A program made the translations under genes and the position numbers. Below the pieces are notes generated by a model that searched no databases, had not been told where the DNA came from, and was given only the letters and a program-made list of their open reading frames with translations. Of a DNA stretch of 64,000 nucleotides, positions 1 to 11,221 are shown piece after piece; position 1 is the first letter of the stretch, and each line of letters opens with the position of its first letter. The DNA is from Bilabrum cf. latius (lineage: Eukaryota), in assembly GCA_965178125.1 (NCBI GenBank), contig OZ237744.1, positions 1,178,001-1,242,000 of the forward strand, read 5' to 3'.

Positions 1-1106
1 TCGCCCTCTCCGCCCCTCTTGCCCGCCCCTGCCCCCAGCACCCGCTCCCGCACGGACCCCAGGAGCATGGCGCCCACCTCCCGCACCGCCGTGTCGTTGC
101 TACCCCCGATGCCCGCGCTGATGCTGTCCATCGCCGGGTCGAACCGGCTGTTCATCACGAACAGCGGAACATCCACGCGCGGCGCCGAGTCCTCGGGCAG
201 GACGCACACCACGCTCGGGTCCTTGCCCCCCTGCAGCGCCTCTTCGACGCAGTTCTGGTTGAGCGCGGCCGTGTTGTTCATGGCCCGGCTGATCCACGTG
301 AGGGCGGCGGGCCAGGCGGGCTTGAGAGGGGTGGAGAGGAAGTACCCAGAGTCGGGGGCGGCGCGGACCGTGGCCTGCGGGATGCGGGACTGCAGGTAGT
401 CCGCGTGGTAGTACGTGGCCAGGCCGCCGGCCGAGGCGCCCCCCACGATGGCGTGTGAGGCTTCGCCTAGGTTGAAGCGGGCGTGCAGATCGTCCAGCAC
501 CGACTGAAGGATGCGAAAGCCGCGGTAGTACATGGTCCTGGGCTTGCCGTCGTACACCACTTCCACAACCGTCTCGTTGTTACCGGAAAAAGACCCACCG
601 TCGCAGTATTCCAAAAAAACCTTGTTCCAATCGTGCGTGAGAGGGTCAACACTCGGGTCGTTGTTCATGAGGCCCCCGCACCAGCGCGAGCCCAAGCAGG
701 ACGGTATGTACTGGTAGTTCATCGTGGCATTGTAGGCCGACAGGTTACCCGGCATCATGTTTCCCGATTCGCGCAAGAAGCACGCCGGATCTGAACTTCC
801 CAAATAGCACTTCTCGCTAAACGCTCGCTTGGCGCACGAGCTCTCCGATTCGCACCAACCACCACCCTCAAAATGAAACGACCACTTTGTGGCATTCTTC
901 GAATGCGGCTCCGCCAGGTTGATCCAGTATCGCCCTGGCGTACCATCCAAGCAGCGAGCTCCATTGGATTCGACGTACTTCGAAAGCAACTGCGCATGGA
1001 ACAGGTTTGGCTCAGCAGCCGCATGCACAGCTGCTACGATAGGAAAGAGCAGTGCGCACGGAATGGTACTGACCATCATAGTCGTTAATGTTTCGATAGC
1101 TATCAT
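1..1106 (-). CDS. Pectin acetylesterase/Notum-family alpha/beta hydrolase, tandem copy 1 (3' end runs off the window)
   Basis: Near-identical to 1754-2859 at an offset of 1753 with no indels. Motifs ARCLDGT, FEGGGWC, YCDG and GASAGG. ATG at 1106, alternative MM at 1079/1076. Confidence 0.85.
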   Translation of the reverse strand, partial: MIAIETLTTMMVSTIPCALLFPIVAAVHAAAEPNLFHAQLLSKYVESNGARCLDGTPGRYWINLAEPHSKNATKWSFHFEGGGWCESESSCAKRAFSEKCYLGSSDPACFLRESGNMMPGNLSAYNATMNYQYIPSCLGSRWCGGLMNNDPSVDPLTHDWNKVFLEYCDGGSFSGNNETVVEVVYDGKPRTMYYRGFRILQSVLDDLHARFNLGEASHAIVGGASAGGLATYYHADYLQSRIPQATVRAAPDSGYFLSTPLKPAWPAALTWISRAMNNTAALNQNCVEEALQGGKDPSVVCVLPEDSAPRVDVPLFVMNSRFDPAMDSISAGIGGSNDTAVREVGAMLLGSVRERVLGAGAGKRGGEG

Positions 1107-1473
1107 GATGCTAATTCGTCAAGTTCGAAGGCAACACGGTGAGAAGATACTGTGCGGTGATGAAGCTGGTCGCCGATCATCATCGTCGCAACAAATTGGG
1201 TCCACCTCGCGGGGTCCTGCACAGAGTACCGGTGTCAATTTTTGAGTGTTTGATGACTTCGAGTAATACACATAGTGTAAATTATTATCACTACATGGTC
1301 AAATTTTGAAATAAATGCATAAGACGTGAAATATCCGGGCCCAAAGAGAACTGCTTTCGCCTCGACCAGCCTGCACCACCCCACGTAGCTCTATTGTCTG
1401 CTCTTTAGAAAAACCTACTAGCCTGCAACCGCCTGGGTATCTTTTTTGATACTACGGCCGTGACCCCGCCCCC

Positions 1474-2856
1474 TCACTGGCCCCCGCTGCAGCAGTCCTC
1501 GCACGGGTAGTCCGCCCCCTGCAGCCACAGCCGCGACCCGGGCACGAGGCCCCCGCCCCCCGCAGGCGCACCTGCATCCAGCCACCGCCACCACCGATCC
1601 GCAGCCACCGCCCCCGTGGATCCCTCAATCGTCACATTGAAGTCGTCAAACTTGCCCCCAGGCCCCAGCACCTGCCCCTGCCCCCACTGCCCGCAATGCT
1701 CGTGGCACGCTGTGATGAACGCCACGTTGCGGCTGACGTCGTGACCCTGCCACTCGCCCTCTCCGCCCCTCTTGCCCGCCCCTGCCCCCAGCACCCGCTC
1801 CCGCACGGACCCCAGGAGCATGGCGCCCACCTCCCGCACTGCCGTGTCGTTGCTACCCCCGATGCCCGCGCTGATGCTGTCCATCGCCGGGTCGAACCGG
1901 CTGTTCATCACGAACAGCGGAACATCCACGCGCGGTGCCGAGTCCTCGGGCAGGACGCACACCACGCTCGGGTCCTTGCCCCCCTGCAGCGCCTCTTCGA
2001 CGCAGTTCTGGTTGAGCGCGGCCGTGTTGTTCATGGCCCGGCTGATCCACGTGAGGGCGGCGGGCCAGGCGGGCTTGAGAGGGGTGGAGAGGAAGTACCC
2101 AGAGTCGGGGGCGGCGCGGACCGTGGCCTGCGGGATGCGGGACTGCAGGTAGTCCGCGTGGTAGTACGTGGCCAGGCCGCCGGCCGAATCACCGCTCACG
2201 ATGGCGTGCGAGGCTTCGCCTAGGTTGAAGCGGGCGTGCAGATCGTCCAGCACCGACTGCAGGATGCGAAAGCCGCGGTAGTACATGGTCCTGGGCTTGC
2301 CGTCGTACACCACTTCCACAACTGTCTCGTTGTTGCCGGAAAAAGACCCACCGTCGCAGTACTGCATCCAAACCTTGTTCCAATCGTGCGTGAGAGGGTC
2401 GACACTCGGGTCGTTGTTCATGAGGCCCCCGCACCAGCGCGAGCCCAAGCAGGACGGTATGTACTGGTAGTTCATCGTGGCATTGTAGGCCGACAGGTTA
2501 CCCGGCATCATGTTTCCCGATTCGCGCAAGAAGCACGCCGGATCTGAACTTCCCAAATAGCACTTCTCGCTAAACGCTCGCTTGGCGCACGAGCTCTCCG
2601 ATTCGCACCAACCACCACCCTCAAAATGAAACGACCACTTTGTGGCATTCTTCGACTGCGGCTCCGCCAGGTTGATCCAGTATCGCCCTGGCGTACCATC
2701 CAAGCAGCGAGCTCCATTGGTTTCGACGTACTTCGAAAGCAATTGCGCATGGAACAGGTTTGGCTCAGCAGCCGCGTGCACAGCTGCTACGATAGGAAAG
2801 AGCAGTCCACACGGAATGGTACTGAGCATCATAGTCGTTAATGTTCCAATAGCCAT
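1474..2856 (-). CDS. Pectin acetylesterase/Notum-family hydrolase, tandem copy 2, secreted
   Basis: Signal-peptide-like N-terminus, CLDGTPG, FEGGGWC, WNKVWMQYCDG, nucleophile elbow GDSAGG and ACHEHC. Ends at TGA 1474-1476. Confidence 0.9.
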   Translation of the reverse strand: MAIGTLTTMMLSTIPCGLLFPIVAAVHAAAEPNLFHAQLLSKYVETNGARCLDGTPGRYWINLAEPQSKNATKWSFHFEGGGWCESESSCAKRAFSEKCYLGSSDPACFLRESGNMMPGNLSAYNATMNYQYIPSCLGSRWCGGLMNNDPSVDPLTHDWNKVWMQYCDGGSFSGNNETVVEVVYDGKPRTMYYRGFRILQSVLDDLHARFNLGEASHAIVSGDSAGGLATYYHADYLQSRIPQATVRAAPDSGYFLSTPLKPAWPAALTWISRAMNNTAALNQNCVEEALQGGKDPSVVCVLPEDSAPRVDVPLFVMNSRFDPAMDSISAGIGGSNDTAVREVGAMLLGSVRERVLGAGAGKRGGEGEWQGHDVSRNVAFITACHEHCGQWGQGQVLGPGGKFDDFNVTIEGSTGAVAADRWWRWLDAGAPAGGGGLVPGSRLWLQGADYPCEDCCSGGQ

Positions 2857-2969
2857 CGCATTCGGCCATTGTTGCGAGCTGATTTGCACCGCCGTGAGGC
2901 AAGAACATACGAACAGCCAGTGAACTACAGTGTTTGGGACATCGAGCTGGAAAAGTTGCACTTCCCATT

Positions 2970-5375
2970 ATGGCAGTAGACCAGTCGGGGACATCGGTGT
3001 TTGATAGCGAGATGGTCGTCGTCAGATCCATGTATGGCGAAGACGGCGTAAGACCACTAGGCGAACAGAGCTATAGGGTTGCATTTCGGTGCGACGATGC
3101 AAACATTCCGTTTGATTCCATATTTCCGAACGGTGTGCACCTAGTGGTTGCGGCACCTCCGTCGTACCCGGCCTAGCCTGCGGTTTTTTCCGTGATGCCA
3201 GATGATCCGGGATCGACCGGGGCCCCAGATATGATGGAAGTAGTGGAGGAATTTACTTCAGCAGCAGCCTTAGAATGCGCTGGAAGGCCACATGTAGTGG
3301 AAGTCCTTGGCAAACTGAATACATCATTCGCGCATTGTCTCGCGGAGGCAGCTCAGCAGGGTGCCAGTGGGGCGGCTGGCGAGCAAGAGGAAGACGAGGC
3401 CGCACCAGCGCCCGAAAGTGCCGCGGCAATGGGAAGCTCAGCTGCTGCTGCTGCCATGGACAGCGGCCCTTCCTCCGGGGCTGGATTTGGCGGGGATGAC
3501 ACGGGGATAGGGGCCGACAGTGCTGCGCGCGTGGGCGATGGCGGCGATGGCATGGGTGGAGAGGAGGAAGGCGTGGAAGGCGACGGGAACTTGAGGCAGA
3601 GGATGGCAGACGCGGCAGAAGCGGCGCGCGAATTCGGGGTGAGCCCCCCACCTGGGGGCGGGGGTCCGGGGGTGCACTCTCTTGCTGACGTGGGGGACGT
3701 GGACGGCGGTGACATGGGAGGGGATGGGTTTGGGGGAGGCAGCGATGCCGGAGACGCTGATAGCACTGGGGTCCTTGATGACGGTGAGGGCGAGATGGAT
3801 GCCATGGGCGGGGGCATGGGTGGGGGCACGGGTATGGGGGGGGCAGTGGGGGGAGGGATTGGCACGGGGATGGGCGGGGGCTTCGGGGATGATGACGCGA
3901 TCGAGATCCTGCCAGGGCAGCAGGACCTGGCCTCGATCGAGTCCCTGCTGGCCGTGCTGCCCTGGCGCTGTGCCAAGTGTGACGAGTGCAACTCGGGCGG
4001 GTGCCTGTGCTCAAAGTGCGGGTTTGACATGAGGTCGTTGGCATCGGATGCACCCGGCGCGGAGGCGGCTGCCCAGGAGGGCCCCGGGCTGGGGGCCGGT
4101 GTGGGTGTGGGGTCGGGGGGCGGGCCAGTGTCCGGGGCGGGGGGCGGGGCCGGTGGAGGGGCGCTGTCGTCGCACGAGATTGGTTTGGACGGTGGTGCGG
4201 CGGCGTTTGGGGGTCCAGCAGGTGCCGCTTCGATGGGCGGGCAGGGGCAGGGGCAGGGGTTCGTGCTGGTGGACTCCCACGGCCCGGGGGATGCGGTGGG
4301 TCCTGGTGGGGAACACAGGGAGAGCGAGGGAGATCGCTTGAAGCGGATGGCGATGGCGCGGAAGGCCGAGGCAAGGAGGAGGAGGGAACTGGGGCTAGAC
4401 ATGGGCGTGGGGATGGGCATTGGCAGTGGTGTGGGTGCGATGGGCAGTGGCAGGGTGGGGGAAGGCGGGCCGTCGGTGGACAGCGCTCTGTTCGGGGGTG
4501 ACGCAGTGGAGCTGGAGATGCTTGGGGCCGTCGGAGGGAAGAGCAGCGGTGCGGCGGGTGCATCGCACGGTGGTGCAGGGAGCTCGCGGGCGGGGGATGG
4601 CGCGGTGGACAGCGGGGGCAGCGCTTCGGGTGCATCGCACGGCAGCGCAGCAGCTGCTGCTAGGGCTACAGACGCAGCTCCAGGCGGCGCGGGATCCTAT
4701 TCCGACGCCTCGTCTGCCGCGGCTGCTTCGGGCGGCAGATTTCAGGAGCTCGGCTTTTTGGAGGGCGACGAGGACGAGTCCAACTTGCTTGTGGAGCACC
4801 CCCCTAGCGCGGTGGTGGGGGAGGGCTCCAGGGTGAACATCCGGTGCAGGGACTGCACGGCCATAGCGAGGGGTGTGCTGCCGCGGAGCAAGTGCTCCGT
4901 GTGCGGCGCCACTCTGGCCACCAGTGCGGAACTGGAGAAGGAGCGGCTGCAGCGGAGGCCGGCGATGGTCAAGATCGCGGAGGTGGGCGCCTCTGTGGAT
5001 CTCCTTGAGGACGACGTAGATGCGGCGGCAAGGAGGTGCGCCGAGTTGTTCGAGACACCAATGCCTGTCACAGGCTCGAGCTCAAGGTAGCAGGATCCTG
5101 CGGTTGCGACGGCCGCCGGGTCAGCCGCAGCTGGCTCCGGCGCGTCCAGCGGCGCGGGCACTTCGGACCCGCGGGGCCCCATATCCGGTCTGTGCAAAGA
5201 GGACCTGGGCAAGCGGGTGGAGCGCATGCTGGAGCGATGCGCGAGGGCCTAGATGCAGCTGGACGGGATCGAGGCGATGAGCGGGACGCCGGCCAGGGAC
5301 GCAAGGAAGGCGCAGGCGCACCGTGTTGGTGCACTGGAGAGGAGGCTGCAGGACATTCAGCTGTCACTGTCGTGA
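2970..5375 (+). CDS. RWD-domain protein with two Cys4 zinc fingers and a C-terminal BAG-like domain (801 aa with TAG=Gln)
   Basis: One frame from ATG 2970 to TGA 5373-5375 with in-frame TAG at 3174, 5088 and 5250. RWD-like E..S.Y...PPSYPA(Q)P, fingers WRCAKCDECN..CSKCG and CRDC..CSVCG, and C-terminal MLERCARA(Q)MQLDGIEA..ARDARKAQAHRV. Confidence 0.75.
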
Positions 5376-5490
5376 GAGGGCGCTGGAGAGGAGGCTGCAG
5401 GACATTCAGCTGTCACTGTCGTGAGAGGGCGCTGGAGAGGAGGCTGCAGGACATTCAGCTGTCACTCTCGTGAGGAGGCACTGGAGAGGA
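5334..5490 (+). repeat. 49-bp tandem repeat, about 3 copies, spanning the stop codon of the upstream gene
   Basis: Unit ctggagaggaggctgcaggacattcagctgtcactgtcgtgagagggcg. Confidence 0.95.
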
Positions 5491-5614
5491 GAATTTAGCA
5501 GTACCGGCTTGCTGTTTCGTGCGATGGCGTGATTGGGCTGCTGGGTTCGACTCCGACTCGAGTTCATTCCAGCCAGTAACGACGATTCCGTAGATTAGAT
5601 GGATCCATTACTCA

Positions 5615-6846
5615 TCACACCACTTCTCCCGAGCCCCATCGGTCATCCCCGCTGCGGTCTTCGCCGCTGCCACCCTCCCATTCCCCCGCTTCGCCCTCCT
5701 CCTAGCCCAGGTCCACGGACTGGAGGTCGCCCGCACTGCCATTGCCAGTGCCCGGGGGACCCTCCGCATGCGTCTAGAGGCGTTGCTGGGCCCCGGCGAT
5801 GGCCGCCTGCCGCCCCAGGTTGCTCCCGCGAGAAGAGTTGCTAGGCGAGCGGTTGGTCGGACTCCCATGGGGCGGGGGCGGGGGAGGGGGCGGCTGGCCG
5901 TCGGCCTACACTCCTGCGACGGTCAGCGGGCTCACCGTCGCTCTCTCCTCGCCTTGCATCGCCGAGCCGCTCGCGCGGCTGTGCGCCAGCTTCTTCCTGT
6001 GCATCGGGCTCTAGGACCCCATCCATGTCATTTTCCTCGCATCCTTAGCACCCGCGCCTCCAAGGGCAGGCATGCTGCTCGCGGCACCCGCGCGCGGCAG
6101 ATGCGACTGCTGGATCCCACCAGCCGATTGACGGCTCGCAATCGGAGGTGATTGCCCCTATACAACACCTCCCATACTCGCAGTTCCACTCGGTTGCAAG
6201 CATGTAGGCTCGGCCCGCCGCTCTATGGTGGGAGAGGTCGAGACGACCTTCGACGTGGAACGCGGGGAAGCCTGTGAAGCGTTCGATCCGCGACGTTCGA
6301 GCCTCCTGCGCGCAGCTTGACACAGCCGTAGCATAGCAATATCAAGTTCGGGACAGTCGCCAACTGATTCGCTGCAGCAAGACAGGACTGCGGGAATTTC
6401 AACCGTTCGCTTGTAGAGGAGCCTACACGTCCCTTGCTCCAGCATGCTGTCACCTCCATGTAGGACCGACAAGGAAAACTCAGACTGGAATCCCATGCTT
6501 CCAGTGAACCGCATGCGAATCTCATTGGAGGAATTCTTCATGAGCGTGCAAGACACGTCGTACGAACGGTGCTGCTACTCAACCTTGAGTTTGAGATGCA
6601 GCTAGTCGAACTCGTTGGCACCAGTGCCACCAACTACCTGCAATATATAACATTCGGGTGAAATTGGCAGGGTACGGTTGATTGCATAGGCCTGTAGGTG
6701 GCAACAAGCAAATTCTGTGTCGTTCTAACCTCAATCCCGCTGTACAGCTCCTCCCACCGCTTGAGATCCTTAATAAGTTTGTAAACTGCATCTGTTTGTT
6801 CCATTATTCTAAAGACACTCTCATGGGTGCTGTGAGATGCCCCCAT
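5615..6846 (-). CDS. Hypothetical protein (about 379 aa with TAG=Gln)
   Basis: Exons 6846-6730 and 6637-5615, intron GTTAGA..TTGCAG in phase 0. About 7 in-frame TAGs. Ends at TGA 5615-5617. No family recognised. Confidence 0.55.
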
Positions 6847-6986
6847 TCGCTCGAATTTGGTTTGGGAGAAATCTCGAGCAGACCAGACCTCGAGCGGACT
6901 CGCGAAGGTGGCCGAACTTCTTGAAGCTTCTCTGCGAGGTGGTCAGTTCGGACGGCTTTGGCCATCAATCAGCCTACCAACGCATG

Positions 6987-9900
6987 TCATCGCTCCCTCT
7001 ACAGACGCCTTTTCAGCGCTGCTTTCCGTATATCGTCTTTTCCGATTACGTCGTCCCCCTGCAGCACGTTTGTTTGGCTAGCTCGAGCCGTACCGATCTG
7101 GATGCGGTCCAAACCAATGGCCGGCGCCAGGTGCGGCGACTTCGATTGGGAAGAGGACCCCGCCCGGTGGCTTCCCATCGCGGCCTATCCATCGGGACCG
7201 CTGCTTCCCTATTGTGGTTGCAGCCCGCGCACGGGATCTCCTGCCCGGACCTGCGGCCTTCCCTTACCAATGGCAGTGTCACTCTAACTGGCTCTGCCTG
7301 TTGGCGCCCCAACTTGAAGTGCAGCAGAAGCAGCAACAGGGGTACCGGAGCCGTGCATCTCGTTCGGCTCCAAAAACGCTTGCAGCACAGCGGGATGGAT
7401 CGGTGTCCCGCCTTTATGTCCCCCTGAGGAGGAAGCCCCAACCCCAGCCCCAGCCCCATCACCAACACCGACCCCACCACGGGAGCCCCGCACCCCGTTA
7501 CCCACACCCGCGGTGGCAGACCTGCCCGCCGCAATGCCCCCCGCTGCCCCCACCCGCGCACCTGCAACTCCTGCTCCTCTACTGACCCCCCCCTCACCGC
7601 CCTCACCGCCACCGCCATCATCTCCCCCTCCCCCACCCACCTGCCTGCGCAGCGCAGACCGCCTGGCAGGCCCCGCGCTCGCCCGCCGCCCTGCCAGCTA
7701 GATGCCCCCCTCTGCGGGCCCCCTGGCCCCAGCCCCAGCCCCAGCCCCAGCCCCAGTTCCATGGATCCTCGCAAGCTCCAGCCCCATGCTTGCAGGCCCC
7801 AGGGAGGACGAGTGCCTCCGCATCGCGCTCTCCAGCGTGGCCCTGGACGCCACAACGGACCCAGAGGCCCGCCGCTTCACCGCGATCTTGCTGTCCTCCA
7901 TCGCCTCTGCCAGCACGTGACTCCCGGCCGAGTCCATCCTCTCGATGAAGATCAGCTGCTCCCTTTGCTTGCAGTACCTCGCCAGGATACCCTGCAGCGC
8001 GCGCTTCAGATCCTCGGCGGTGTGAACGGCCCGGGCCTGCTCCTCTTGCTCCGCGGGGGAGCCCGGCCGCAGCTGGGGAACAAGGGAGGAGGGAGGCGGG
8101 GGCACGGGGATGAGCCCGTCTTGGGCCTGCTCTTGTCCGCCGGCTGCCCCCGTGCTGCCTTCCTTGTGCCCCGACTCGGCGATGGACGACGACGTCGCAG
8201 CTGCTGCCCCACCGTTTTGCTTGCCACCGCTCCAGTCGTCCACCTCCTCACCGCCCTCCTCTCCCACGCTGCCAGCCCCGTCATCGTCCTCGTCCTGGCC
8301 CTCGCACGACGTGCCAGTTCTGTACTTGTACTAGCTTCCTGCTCCCATGCCCCCGCTTGCGCGAGACATCAGGCCGGTTCTCGAGTTGACCGAATCGTGC
8401 CTCTGCGCGCTCACGCCCCCTCTACTCCGCGGGCCAGGCACCCCCTCCTCCAGCGCCATGTGAGACGGGAGTGACGAGAGCCGACGGGCCGCAGCAACTG
8501 TTCCCCTCGGGCCCAGCTCCCCCAGCCCCCCCGGATCCCCACTGTTCCCCACCTCTACCACCACGCTCTCTGCCGCGCTCGCCTGCCGCCCCAGGTCACT
8601 AACACCCGGAGGGGCCTCCCCGCTCGCGACGCTCTGTCCCTTGCCCCGGTCCTCGCCCGGAACCCCGTCCTCGCCGTCCCCGTCCCCGTCCCCGTGGATG
8701 GGCGCCTGGCTGCAGTAAAAGACCAGGTCTGCATCCCCCGAAGCGTTGTACTGGATGTGCGCCCGCTGCACGTCGAACCCCTTCTCCGTGAGCAGCGCCG
8801 CGATGTCCGCCAGCGCCCTTCGGTCCGCGTTGGGAAAGCCCACCCCGATGCGCAGGAGGGTCTCCTCATCCACCAGGACGGGCCGCTCGTCGCAGGGGCA
8901 CCGGCTGGTCATGCCCCCGCCCAGGTCCGGCACCTTCACCATGGCCTCTCCCTTGGTCCCTTGTTCTCTGAGGAGGCTGGTGAGCACCTCCTTGACCTTG
9001 CGCCGTTGGGCCGCCGGGATGGCAGCCCCCGGATCGTCCGCCCTCCGCACGAACAGCACGTCCACGTCAGTATCGCCCTCCCGCTTCTTAGCGTCTGCGG
9101 TCACGATGTCCAGCTGCAGGTCACGCAGCTTGGACAAGATGTGCACGAACAGGCGGTCCCTGTGGCCCGCAGTCAGCTGAATCTCCAGCATGGACGTGTC
9201 CTCCTGCGCGATTGGCGTGAACACCACCGTCCCGTTCGGATCGTCCAACGCCTCGAGGGCCTCGTGCCTGACCTCGTCCAGCTTCTCCTACCCGACGTCT
9301 CCCGTCCCGTCCCTCGGGGCCACCGTGAACTGGAACACGTCCAGGTCACCGTCCGTCTCGCAGTTGGCCTCCACCACCTCCAGCTCAGCCACCCTGAAGA
9401 TGTCGAGCACCTCCAGCAGCACCCCCGGCCTGTGCAGGCCCTCCACCCTCACCCCGAAGGCGCCCACGGCGTGCTTGCCGTGCCGTTCCTCCGCCGCGCT
9501 CGCCTTGGGTCCGATGGAGTGGGACCGCATCACCTCCACTGCCGCCAGCCGCTGCTGCAGCACGTACTTGAACGCCAGAGGGGAGGCCACCGTGCACAGC
9601 AAGAAGGCCCAGATCACCGCGGCGTACACCTGCTCGTTCATCAGCGAGCGAGGCCCACCGCCAGGCCCCTCGCCCTCGGAGCCTGCCACCTCCGTGTTGA
9701 GCGCCACCTCAGCCACGAGGTAGGCGAACTCCCCGCGCGCCGCCATGGCCCACCCCACCACCCACATTTCTTGCGCGCCCAGGTGAAGAGCAGAGATCAG
9801 CTTGCCGCCCAGCGCGCCCGCCACCCCCAGCACCAGCCCCTGCCACACCGCCGTTGGGCTGAACAGCACGGCCACGGGAATGCTGAAGGCCACCGAGGCC

Positions 9901-11077
9901 ATGAAGAAGAGCTTGATCAGGAGGCTGGACACCCGCTTGACCTGCCTCCGCCACACCACACCAGACCGCGGGACGCTCACGAAGCTCACACCGGCCAAAA
10001 AGGCGCCCAGGAGGTGCGTGCCCACGAGCCAGCCTATGGTGGCATATGCGATGAGCACGATCCCCATGCAGCCCAGGTGCACCATGTCCCGCATCTGCAC
10101 CTTCCTGGTCGAGTCCTCCCTGAAGTGGGAGAGGATCCAACGCATGACGGGCGGGAATGCAAACATGGCCAGCAGCACGCTGATCACCAGGAAAAGCACC
10201 GAGTAGACGAGCGGGAGCGCGATGTTGGTCGCGGATATCTCTGGCTGCGCCAGCTGCAGCAGCACCACGAGGGCGAGGAGGCTCATGACGTCGTCGATGA
10301 AGGCCGCCGTCACGATCGTCTGCCCGAAGAGCGTGTTCACGGCCTTGTCCTCCGCCAGCATCTGCATGCTGATGCCCACAGAGGTAGGGGCTAGTGCCAC
10401 GCCCACGGCCACTCCGTCGGGGAACACGTCGTATCCCATGGCCCACACGAGCAGCACGCCCAGCGCGACCGGGGCCAGCGTGCCGATGAGTGCGACCAGC
10501 ATGGCGCCCCCGCCCACCTCGAGCACTTTTGCGGGGCTCAGGTGCATGCCACTCTCCATGATCAGCAGCGAAACGCCGATCGAACCCGCGAGCGCAAACG
10601 CGCTCGGAACATGGTGCCCTTCTTCGTCGTCGTGGGCGCCGAGCGGCACGACGTCCAGCAAGTTCGGCCCTAGTATCACCCCTGCGGTAGTAGCGGCATT
10701 TCAGTTCACCGCATTCTTGCTGGTTGCTTTGGCTGTTCGGTATGATGCGCGTGGCATCATGGAGGCGGCCGAAACGATCGATTTAAGGTAGCAGGATATC
10801 TGATATGGTGCTAGCCCCGGCGATCCACACGGTGCCTCACCTGCTGCAACAAGACCGATGATAGGACTTATCCCGAATTGGCTAGCAAGCCCGGCAAGAA
10901 AGAAGCCTGCAGCCAGGAAGGCAACAACCTGCGACACGCAAGACAGTTCGCGACTGTTGGAAGGGTGATTGAGTGCCGGCTCCAATACCGACTCGATCTT
11001 GCCACGGAGCGCAGATTTGTGAGATCACCAAATACACATACACCTAGTATAAGAAGAAACTGCCCCCCCTCTGCCAT
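6987..11077 (-). CDS. CPA2-type cation/H+ antiporter with three ACT-like domains and a long low-complexity tail (about 1272 aa)
   Basis: Exons 11077-11042, 10928-10841 and 10681-6987, introns GTATGT..GCAG and GTGAGG..GCAG. Motifs GVILGP, APTSVGI, AAFIDDV, LGAFLAG and ARGEFA. In-frame TAG at 9288, 8331, 7698, 7284, 7209, 7185 and 6999. Ends at TGA 6987-6989. Confidence 0.85.
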
Positions 11078-11221
11078 TTTCTTGTCGGAAGGACAAGAAT
11101 AAGTAATCCTTCCGCTGCCCGGTTGTAACCACTGGCATCAACTCATCAAGATGGTGTGACCAGTGCATTCTAGGTTACATTGGTTTACTACACTAAGTGG
11201 CGGTGGTTGCCCACCTCCACC

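Noticed and set aside
5520-5565. tRNA-like A-box (tggcgtgattgg) and B-box (ggttcgactcc), a candidate suppressor tRNA
   Set aside because: The boxes are only about 7 nt apart, there is no anticodon arm, and the T-stem does not pair.
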